Shown: in pieces, positions 53,337 to 64,000 of the stretch | How the letters are laid out: each line of letters opens with the position of its first letter | Numbering within the stretch: the first letter of the stretch is position 1 | Source: Eledone cirrhosa | Lineage: Eukaryota | Assembly (NCBI GenBank): GCA_964016885.1 | Contig: OZ024765.1 | Coordinates: 16,802,001-16,866,000, forward strand | Direction of reading: 5' to 3' | DNA length: 64,000 bases | Notes under the pieces: generated by a model | Seen by the model: the letters and a program-made list of their open reading frames with translations, nothing else | Database searches by the model: none | What the model was told of the DNA's origin: nothing | Position numbers and translations under genes: made by a program

Positions 53337-55990
53337 CACCTACAAAACCGCCATCACACCTCCTTCACACTGATCAGATACTCAGCAGAGTCATCGAAAC
53401 CTTATGTCCATTGTTCCAGACCTACATGGGTTGGACAGGTCCTTCTCAGTACAGCATCTCTCTCAACTTGGTGCATCACTTTGTCATCTCTTTCATGAGC
53501 TTCAGTGATCTGGGACCTACAAAACCACCATCACACCTCCTTCAGACTGATCAGATACTCAGCAGAGTCATCATACCCTTATGTCCATTGTTCCAGACCT
53601 ACATGGGTTGGACAGGTCCTTCTCAGTACAGCATCTCTCTCAACTTGGTGGATCACTTTGTGATCTCTTTCATGAGCTTCAGCGATCTGAGACCTACAAA
53701 ACCACCATCACACCTCCTTCACACTAATCAGATACTCAGCAGAGTCATCATACCCTTATGTCCATTGTTCTAGACCTACATGGGTTGGACAGGTCCTTCT
53801 CAGTCCAGCATCTCTCTCAACTTGGTTCATTCCTTTGTCATCTCTTTCATGAGCTTCAGCGATCTAAGACCTACAAAACCGCCATCACACCTCCTTCAGA
53901 CTGATCAGATACTCAGCAGAGTCATCATACCCTTATGTTCATTGTTCCAGACCTACATGGGTTGGACAGGTCCTTCTCAGTCCAGCATCTCTCTCAACTT
54001 GGTTCATTCCTTTGTCATCTCTTTCATGAGCTTCAGCGATCTAAGACCTACAAAACCGCCATCACACCTCCTTCAGACTGATCAGATACTCAGCAGAGTC
54101 ATCATACCCTTATGTCCATTGTTCCAGACCTACATGGGTTGGACAGGTCCTTCTCAGCACAGCATCTCTCTCAACTTGGTGCATCACTTTGTCATCTCTT
54201 TCATGAGCTTCAGCGATCTGGGACCTACAAAACCACTATCACACCTCCTTCAGACTGATCAGATACTCAGCAGAGTCATCATACCCTTATGTCCATTGTT
54301 CCAGACCTACATGGGTTGGACAGGTCCTTCTCAGTACAGCATCTCTCTCAACTTGGTGCATCACTTTGTCATCTCTTTCATGAGCTTCAGCGATCTGGGA
54401 CCTACAAAACCACCATCACACCTCCTTCAGACTGATCAGATACTCAGCAGAGTCATCATACCCTTATGTCCATTGTTCCAGACCTACATGGGTTGGACAG
54501 GTCCTTCTCAGTACAGCATCTCTCTCAACTTGGATCATTTTGTCATCTCTTTCATGAGCTTCACCGATCTGAGACCTACAAAACCGCCATCACACCTCCT
54601 TCAGACTGATCAGATACTCAGCAGAGTCATCGAAACCTTATGTCCATTGTTCCAGACCTACATGGGTTGGACAGGTCCTTCTCAGTACAGCATCTCTCTC
54701 AACTTGGTGCATCACTTTGTCATCTCTTTCATGAGCTTCAGTGATCTGGGACCTACAAAACCACCATCACACCTCCTTCAGACTGATCAGATACTCAGCA
54801 GAGTCATCATACCCTTATGTCCATTGTTCTAGACCTACATGGGTTGGACAGGTCCTTCTCAGTCCAGCATCTCTCTCAACTTGGTGGATCACTTTGTGAT
54901 CTCTTTCATGAGCTTCAGCGATCTGAGACCTACAAAACCACCATCACACCTCCTTCACACTAATCAGATACTCAGCAGAGTCATCATACCCTTATGTCCA
55001 TTGTTCTAGACCTACATGGGTTGGACAGGTCCTTCTCAGTCCAGCATCTCTCTCAACTTGGTTCATTCCTTTGTCATCTCTTTCATGAGCTTCAGCGATC
55101 TAAGACCTACAAAACCGCCATCACACCTCCTTCAGACTGATCAGATACTCAGCAGAGTCATCATACCCTTATGTTCATTGTTCCAGACCTACATGGGTTG
55201 GACAGGTCCTTCTCAGTCCAGCATCTCTCTCAACTTGGTTCATTCCTTTGTCATCTCTTTCATGAGCTTCAGCGATCTAAGACCTACAAAACCGCCATCA
55301 CACCTCCTTCAGACTGATCAGATACTCAGCAGAGTCATCATACCCTTATGTCCATTGTTCCAGACCTACATGGGTTGGACAGGTCCTTCTCAGCACAGCA
55401 TCTCTCTCAACTTGGTGCATCACTTTGTCATCTCTTTCATGAGCTTCAGCGATCTGGGACCTACAAAACCACCATCACACCTCCTTCAGACTGATCAGAT
55501 ACTCAGCAGAGTCATCATACCCTTATGTCCATTGTTCCAGACCTACATGGGTTGGACAGGTCCTTCTCAGTACAGCATCTCTCTCAACTTGGTGCATCAC
55601 TTTGTCATCTCTTTCATGAGCTTCAGCGATCTGGGACCTACAAAACCACCATCACACCTCCTTCAGACTGATCAGATACTCAGCAGAGTCATCATACCCT
55701 TATGTCCATTGTTCCAGACCTACATGGGTTGGACAGGTCCTTCTCAGCACAGCATCTCTCTCAACTTGGTGCATCACTTTGTCATCTCTTTCATGAGCTT
55801 CAGCGATCTGGGACCTACAAAACCACCATCACACCTCCTTCAGACTGATCAGATACTCAGCAGAGTCATCATACCCTTATGTTCATTGTTCCAGACCTAC
55901 ATGGGTTGGACAGGTCCTTCTCAGCACAGCATCTCTCTCAACTTAGTGCATTCATTTGTCATCTCTTTCGTGAGCTTCAGCGATCTGAGA
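53337..55990 (-). repeat. 177-bp satellite (~15 copies) containing an RTE 3' end
   Basis: GACCTACAAAAC at 53514, 53691 and onward. About 125 bp of each unit is the reverse complement of an RTE terminus (compare 23065-23188 and 59528-59643). Confidence 0.95.
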
Positions 55991-56111
55991 TTTGTGTGTG
56001 CTTCGACTGAACTTTTACCAAATGATGAATAACATGTAGCCCCCACTCAGATCACTGGTACATGCTTATCTCTAGAAAAGTTGTTGTGTTACAGAGGACA
56101 ATAATAGCAAT

Positions 56112-56460
56112 AATGATTTCTATATTAGGCACAAGACCAGTAATTTTTTTTTTTGGTGGGGGGGGGGTCGATTTAATCAACTCCAGTGCATTACTGGTAG
56201 TTTATTATTTGATCAACCCCGTAAGAATGAAAGGCAAAGTTAACCTCCACAGGATTTGAACTCAGACCATAAAGGGATGTAACTATGCTGCAAAACATGG
56301 CGTCTGACCCTCTACCGATACTGACAATCCACTGCCCTAATAATAATTGTTTCTACTTTTGACACAAGGCCAGCAATTACCTTCAGTGCATTACTGGTAC
56401 TTTATTTTATCAACCCCGTATGTATATATGTATATACATATATATGTATATACATAATGT

Positions 56461-56494
<34 letters not shown>

Positions 56495-56502
56495 CATAAT
56501 GT

Positions 56503-56534
<32 letters not shown>

Positions 56535-56580
56535 CATAATGTTATATATATATATATATATATATGTATATACATAATGT

Positions 56581-56612
<32 letters not shown>

Positions 56613-56619
56613 CATAATG

Positions 56620-56660
<41 letters not shown>

Positions 56661-57538
56661 CATAATTGTTTCTACTTTAGGCACAAGGCCAGCAATTAAC
56701 CAGTGCATTACTGGTACTTTATTTTATTGACCCCGTAAGGACGAAAGGCAAAGTTAACCTCGGCGGGATTTGAACTCAGACCATAAAGGGTCATAACTAT
56801 GCTGGAAAGCATGTCCAACCCTCTACCGATACTGCCAAATAATAATAGTTTCTTATATAAGCACAAGGCCAGCAATTTTGGGGGAGGGGAAGGCGATTAA
56901 ATCGACCCCAGTGCATTACAGGTAATTTATTTTATCGACCCCCGAAAGGATGAAAGGCAAAGTTAACCTCGGCGGGATTTGAACTCAGAATAGCAAGGAC
57001 CGTAACTATGCTGGAAAGCATGGCGTCCGACTCTCTACCGATACTGCCAATCCACCGCAGTGGATCAATAATGATAATAATAATAATAATAATAACGATG
57101 ATGATTTCATTTATCGGCCACAAGGGCCGACATGTAGGGGCCAATACAAAGATAGGGACAGTGTGTGTGCGGGGGGGTTACAATAAGATGCACAATAAAA
57201 ATGGTCAATAACAAAACAAATTTAACAACGAAAAAAATACAATAACAATAATAATTGTTTCTACTTTTGGCACAAGGCCAGCAAATACCCAGTGCATTAC
57301 TGGTACTTTATTTTATCAACCCCGTAAGGATGAAAGGCAAAGTAATAATAATAATTGTTTCTACTTTTAGGCACAAGGCCAGCAATCACCCAGTGCATTA
57401 CTGGTACTTTATTTTATCGACCCAGTAAGGATGAAAGGCAAAGTCAACCTCGGCGGGATTTGAACTCAGATCGTAAAGGGACGTAACTATGCTGGAAAGC
57501 ATGGCGTCCGACCCTCTACCGAGACTGCCAATCCACCG
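56112..57538 (-). mobile_element. Cluster of about six SINE family 2 copies or fragments, all minus strand, with a Tx1-like 3'UTR piece at ~57105-57245
   Basis: Repeated GGCACAAGGCCAGCAA...AAGGATGAAAGGCAAAG...GGGATTTGAACTCAG. Confidence 0.85.
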
Positions 57539-57897
57539 TAATAATAATAATACAAGAAAATTTGTTAATAAAGATAATATTGATGACTTTCTTTTCATAT
57601 ATATTACTATTACAAGATGAAAAAAAAATATATATATAATCGCTTCCCCCCCCCCCTAGTCTTCTCTTTTCTTTTTCCTCTCCACTGCCCCCCCCCCCCC
57701 ATCCTTAGTCTTCTCTTTTCTTTTTCCTCTCCACTGCCAAACCAGCTTTGTGTTAAATGGAAAATGTGGTACATCAGAGCGTTGTTATGTTCTACAACTT
57801 GTGACTGTCATTTTATCAGAAAGCCATTTCCATGGCTAAATGAAATTGGTAAGATTAATATTTAGAGATACACACATACACACATATATACACATAC

Positions 57898-57965
<68 letters not shown>

Positions 57966-58225
57966 GTGTGTCTCAAACTCTCAGCCCCTCGGTGTCTGTG
58001 TGTGGACGTTTATATGAATATATTCATCTTGTATTTCATGTATGTGTGTGTGTATATATATATATGTGTATATATATATATATAAACACACACACACACA
58101 CTTCTATTCATATCTCTGTCTGAAAACTCCCAGCCCCTGTGTGTGTGTGGGTACGTTTCTATGAATATATGTATTGTGTGTGTGTGTATATGTATATTTA
58201 TTATGTATATGTATATACATTTAGA

Positions 58226-58257
<32 letters not shown>

Positions 58258-58258
58258 C

Positions 58259-58307
<49 letters not shown>

Positions 58308-58419
58308 TGTATCTCTCAAAACTCTCAGCCCCTGTGTGTACGTTTCTATGAATATATGTATTGTGTGTACGTTTCTATGAATATATGTATTGTGTGTATG
58401 TATGTATATTATATATATA

Positions 58420-59107
58420 TAATAATAATGAAATTATTGTATAAAGTGCTCAGGTGCACTACAACTCGTCAAAGGTGTATGTATAGTACATAGAATAATA
58501 CACAAATGTCAGGGAAGTACATGTGTGTATATGTTAGCTGTAGTGTTGGCGGATCTTGGGAAGCATGGAGGCCTTAAAGGATGCAGTGTCTAGACAGCTA
58601 ACAACTGATGCAGGTAGTTTGTTCCATGCTTCAGCAACTCTGAGCGTGAAAAAATGTTTCTGAAAGTCATGGGAACTGTGCTGTTTTCTTACTTTGTGGG
58701 CATGTCCACGTGTGTTAGACACATGGAAATCAAAAAGGTACTCAGGGTTGTTGTTGGCAAGATGGTTAACAATTTTGTGGGTGTTTACCAAGTCAGTTGC
58801 CAGGTGTCGGAGCTTCAATGTATCCATGCCCAGGGAAGCAAGGCGTTCAGAGTATGGTAGATGCCTGATGGAGGGTATTTGCTTGGTTGCACATCTCTGA
58901 ACAGTTTCCAGGCGGTCAATGTTCTGAGCAAGATAGGGGTTCCAGACTGGTGATGCAAATTCTAAGTGTGGCCGCACCATAGCCTTAAATAGATATCTGG
59001 AGAGCGGCTGACAAAGGTCTTGCTGAGTGATGCTAAGACACCCTCAGCCCTCTTGACAATTTTAGAGACATGCTTCATCCAACGCAAATCGCTGCTGACC
59101 GTAATGC
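58420..59107 (-). mobile_element. CR1-group LINE 3' fragment (ORF2 C-terminus pseudogene)
   Basis: ITVSSDLRW.KH..KIVKRA; VRPHLEFASPVWNPY...LETVQR.ATK...YSERL..LG..TL; TRGH..K; FFTLRVAEAWNKLP. (ATT)n tail. Confidence 0.88.
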
Positions 59108-59115
59108 TAGATATA

Positions 59116-59367
59116 TTTCTTTATTTGCCACAAGGGTGCACAAGAAAAGGGGACAATACAAAGACACATGCCGGGGATTTTACATAGTCGTGTAAAAAAA
59201 AATATAAAACAAACAATTATAACAATCGAAATCCCCAATAGGGGGGAGATGCCACAAATGGGTTGTTTAATACCCTGTCGATAGAACAACCCTCAACTTC
59301 AGGAACGTGTTGTGCAAGTGCTCCCTTCTTCCTTTTGCTCTCTTCTTTAACCTACAGGTTTATATAC
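59116..59367 (-). mobile_element. Tx1/L1-like LINE 3'UTR
   Basis: Near-identical to 27081-27330. Confidence 0.85.
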
Positions 59368-59515
59368 AGAGAGAGATAGGTTGATAGAGAGAGAGATAGG
59401 TTGATAGAGAGAGAGATAGGTTGATAGAGAGAGATAGGTTGAGAGAGAGAGAGATAGGTTGATAGAGAGAGATAGGTTGATAGAGGTAAGTTTGATGGCG
59501 CAAGATGTTACATTC

Positions 59516-59643
59516 ACACACACAAATCTCAGATCACTGAGAGAGATGACAAAGGAATGCACCAAGTTGAGAGAGATGCTGTACTGAGAAGAACCTGTCC
59601 AACCCATGCAGGTCTGGAACAATGGACGTAAGATGATGATGAT
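59516..59643 (+). mobile_element. RTE 3'-end monomer matching the 177-bp satellite seed
   Basis: CACACACAAATCTCAGATC...GATGCTGTACTGAGAAG.ACCTGTCCAACCCATG.AGGTCTGGAACAATGGAC.TAAG. Confidence 0.85.
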
Positions 59644-60289
59644 GTATATAGAAATATAGATATGCATACACACACATATATATGTGTGTGCGTGTACGAA
59701 TACACAGAAAGTGTGAGAGAGAGAGAGGGCGAGACAGAGGGAAATAGAGCAAGGCAAAGAGAGATAGAGACAGAGAGAGAGCAAGAAACAAAGAGAAAGA
59801 GAGAGAGAAGAAGAAACAGTGAGAGAGGGGGGGGAGATGCAGTGGACAGTGATTACTTTATTGGATTTGATCCAGTATAGCTTATTGTCTGTGTTAGAGA
59901 GATTGGTGGGAGGGGGTGACAAAGTGAGGGGATGAGGGGATGACAAGGTGAGGGGATGAGGGGATGACAAGGTGAGGGGATGACAAGGTGAGGGAGTGAG
60001 GGGATGACAAGGTGAGGGAGTGAGGGGATGAGGGGATGAGAAGGTGAGGCATAAAGTACTAAAAATCCTTCGACATGATGTGATTTCCTGTAGATGATTG
60101 ATTTTTTTAATAATTATATTGACTTGTGATCCCATAAAGGGATGAAGAGTAGGCAGAAGGAGATAAAAATCCTTCAACATGATGTGATTTAAAGTACATG
60201 ATTGATTTGTGATCCCATAAAGGGCTGATGGACGTTAAGAAGATTTCATCTATGATTTGAAAGCTCCACCTCCTGATCTTCAATCTTGT

Positions 60290-60640
60290 CAAGGACAAGG
60301 TAATTTAGGGCTATGGTTATGATAAAATGCACCACATACACTCTGTAAAGTTGTTGATGGTCACAAGATGAGATTAAGATAGAAAGGGTTCACCAGTTTT
60401 TACAAGGACAAGTAACCTATTTAGGGCTAGGGTTATGATAAAATGCACCACATACACTCTGTAAAGTGGTTGATGGTCACAAGATGAGATTAAGATAGAA
60501 AGGGTTCACCAGTTTTTACAAGGACAAGTAACCTATTTAGGGCTAGGGTTATGATAAAATGCACCCCATACACTCTGTAAAGTGGTTGATGGTCACATGA
60601 TAAGACTAGGATAAAATGGGTTCATCAGTTTTATCAAGGA
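60290..60640. repeat. ~116-bp tandem repeat (x3); related units resume at 61195-61440
   Basis: CAAGGAC at 60290, 60403, 60519 and 60635; contains AAAATGCACC..ACACTCTGTAAAGTGG. Confidence 0.85.
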
Positions 60641-60930
60641 CTAGCTGAATTACCCTCGCCTTGCTGCATTTCACACATTTTTTTTGTAAGAAAATGATGA
60701 TTGATTTTAAATCAGTGACATAATTTATGCAGAAAAACTCTGCATTTCAATATTACTCAATGTAAAATGTAATGCAGGAAAAATTGGAAAACAATATTTT
60801 TTGTAATATATCAAATCAAAATTACATTATTAAATCTTATTCTTATTTTGTTTCTTGTAAATAATTTTTTTCAAAATATCCATTCAAAACTTTTGTGAAT
60901 AGGCATCATATCTTGTCATTTACCTATGGT

Positions 60931-61157
60931 TTAACCCTTTAATGTTCAAACCGGCCAAAACTGGCCAGAATTCTCTACCTCTTTCTGTTCAAACTGGCTG
61001 TAACTGGTCACTCAAACTGATGTTAAGGTATTGTTCTCAAAATAAATACGTTCAAAATTTCATAGATTCGATATATGTGAGATAATTATGCGAGGTAAAG
61101 CCTTTACCATGAAAATATAATAGTATATATGAAATAATGTGAATGCTAAAGGTTTAA
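60931..61157. mobile_element. piggyBac-like MITE (TTAA-flanked)
   Basis: TTAA-CCCTTTAA...CTAAAGGT-TTAA; inverted homologue of 19201-19414. Confidence 0.75.
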
Positions 61158-61619
61158 ATTTCATATGAATCGAAAGGAAAAGATTTTCAGCGGGGGTTAG
61201 AAAGGGCTCTCCAGTTTTGTCAACGGCAAGACAGCCTATTTAGGGTTATGATAAAATGCACCCCCATACACACTGTAAAGTGGTTGATGGTCACATGATG
61301 TAACTCTAGGATAGAAAGGGCTCTTCAGTCTTGTTAAGGAAATGATAATCTATCTAGAACTAGTCCATAATAAAATACATCCATTACACTCTGTAAAGTA
61401 GTTGCTGTTAGAAAAGGCATTCAGATATAGAAACCATGCCAAAATTTGGAACGTACAGTTGTGGCAAGGTTTTCCTCAACAACTAACCTTCTCTTGTGAA
61501 CTCAATAAAATTAACCATTTTGGTACCAACCTGCCCCAAACTGCCACTTTACAGTGGAATGATAGGGACCCCAGTCCTATCATCTCATTTCTACAGCTGA
61601 GTAAACTGGAGCAATGTGA

Positions 61620-61666
61620 AATACATAATGTTATATATATATATATATATATGTATATACATAATG

Positions 61667-61703
<37 letters not shown>

Positions 61704-61706
61704 ATG

Positions 61707-61743
<37 letters not shown>

Positions 61744-61746
61744 ATG

Positions 61747-61787
<41 letters not shown>

Positions 61788-61790
61788 ATG

Positions 61791-61827
<37 letters not shown>

Positions 61828-61830
61828 ATG

Positions 61831-61871
<41 letters not shown>

Positions 61872-61904
61872 ATGTTATATATATATATATATATATACAT
61901 AATG

Positions 61905-61939
<35 letters not shown>

Positions 61940-61966
61940 GTTATATATATATATATATATATAATG

Positions 61967-62007
<41 letters not shown>

Positions 62008-62008
62008 G

Positions 62009-62046
<38 letters not shown>

Positions 62047-62073
62047 TTATATATATATATATATACATAATGT

Positions 62074-62105
<32 letters not shown>

Positions 62106-62109
62106 ATGT

Positions 62110-62141
<32 letters not shown>

Positions 62142-62144
62142 ATG

Positions 62145-62203
<59 letters not shown>

Positions 62204-62562
62204 CATAATGTAATATATATATATATATACAATGTAATATATATATATATATATATAATGTAATATATATATATACAATGTAATATATACATATACAATG
62301 TAATATATATATATATAATGTAATATATATATATACAATGTAATATATATATATATAATGTAATATATATATATACAATGTAATATATATATAATGTAAT
62401 ATATATATATAATGTAATATATATATATAATGTAATATATATATATATATATATATAATGTAATATATATATATATATATAATGTAATATATATATATAT
62501 ATATATACATAATGTAATATATATATATACATATATATATACATAATGTAATATATATATAT
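61620..62562. repeat. AT microsatellite punctuated by CATAATGTT/AATGTAA
   Basis: Direct inspection. Confidence 0.92.
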
Positions 62563-62689
62563 AGAGAGAGAGAGAGAAAGTGAGGGTGAGAGAGTTAAAG
62601 AGAAACAGACATACAAAGATAGATAGATAGATAGAAAGCAAATAAATATGGAAATAAAAGAAAAGTAATAAGAATAAAGTAAAGAGAGA

Positions 62690-62971
62690 GAGAAGGAAGG
62701 AAGGAAGGAAGGAAGGAAGGAAGGAAGGAAGGAAGGAAGGAAGGAAGGAAGGAAGGAAGGAAGGAAGGAAGGAAGGAAGGAAGGAAGGAAGGAAGGAAGG
62801 AAGGAAGGAAATAAAGAAGGAAAGAAAGAAGGAAAGAAAGAAGGAAAGAAAGAAGGAAAGAAAGAAGGAAAGAAAGAAGGAAAGAAGGAAGGAAAGAAGG
62901 AAGGAAAGAAGGAAGGAAAGAAGGAAGGAAAGAAAGAAGGAAAGAAAGAAGGAAAGAAAGAAGGAAAGAAA
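62690..62971. repeat. (GGAA)n/(GAAA)n microsatellite
   Basis: Direct inspection. Confidence 0.95.
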
Positions 62972-63414
62972 GCAGTAATGAGATGAAAATAAAGACATAG
63001 TAAATGAAGGGGTCTTAAAACATCCCCAAGGATCTCTGTCAAAATATATTGATCCTTCTGTTTACTGATTGAAATCCAATTGAATTCCCAGAAAAGAGGA
63101 ACTTACAACTAATCCCCTTTTCTCTTCTCCCCCTCCACCTCATTTTCCTTCTACTTCCCCTCCCTCTTCTCCCCCCCCCCCTTCTCCCTCCTGATTCTTC
63201 TCTCCCTTCTTCCCCTTTTCTCTTCTCCCCCTTATTTTCCTTCTACTTCCCCTTCTCTCCACATCCTCCTCTCTCCTCCCTCCTGATTCTTCTCTCCCTT
63301 CTTCCCATCCTCTGCTAACCCCCCTCTACTTCTATCTATCTATCTTTCTCTTTTTCTCCTCACTTTTACTCTATCTTTCTCTTGGTCCTTTTCTTCATTT
63401 CATTTACTCTTTCA

Positions 63415-63430
63415 ACCACCACCACCACCT

Positions 63431-63461
<31 letters not shown>

Positions 63462-64000
63462 CACCGCTACTACTACTACAACTACTACTGCTACTACGAC
63501 TACTACTACTACTACCACTACTGCCACCACCACCACCATGGCTACTTCTGCCACTACTACTACTATCACTACTACTTTTACTACTACTACTACTACTACT
63601 GCTACTAACAGCACTATCACAACCACCACCACCACCATAATCACTACAATCACTACTGCGACCACCACCATTGCTACCACTACAACCTCCACTACCACAA
63701 TCACTACAACCACCACCACTGCCACCATCACCATGGCTACCACTACAACCACCAACACTGCCACCAAGCACCACCACCACCACCACCACTACAACCACCA
63801 CCACCACAACCACCACCACTACAACTACAACCAGTACCACTGCCATCACTACTGCTACCACTACAACCACCACCACTGCCACCAAGTACCACCACTGCCA
63901 CCAATACCACTACAACCACCACCACTCCCGCCAAGCACCACCACCTTCACCACTACCACTACAACCGCCACCACTCCCGCCAAGCACCACTACCACTACA
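63415..64000. repeat. (ACC/ACT)n microsatellite
   Basis: Direct inspection. Confidence 0.93.

Noticed and set aside
53411-56032. 59-aa repeat ORFs
   Set aside because: These are antisense to an RTE tail in a 177-bp satellite and are interrupted by TAG stops.

Overview
This is repeat-dominated eukaryotic DNA, not prokaryotic. It most likely comes from an octopod cephalopod; this is inferred from the (AT)n/(AC)n compound microsatellites and the SINE and RTE families, which I recognised from memory. I cannot confidently call any host protein-coding gene, and almost all long ORFs in the track are microsatellite or satellite artefacts. The window holds decayed RTE, Tx1/L1-like and CR1-like LINE fragments, two tRNA-derived SINE families, non-autonomous Helitrons, piggyBac-like and Tc1/pogo-like MITEs, satellite arrays (14, ~40, 48, 65, 64-66, 112, 116 and 177 bp units) and a 200-N gap. 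The main hidden signals are: (1) about ten type I hammerhead-ribozyme motifs from at least four short Penelope/retrozyme-like families, including back-to-back and palindromic arrangements; (2) a SINE whose 3' half is a visible chimera of two RTE 3' ends joined at a CCCGT microhomology; (3) satellites derived from retroposon parts, with their seed monomers present in the same window; (4) a weak chain of possible + strand exons.
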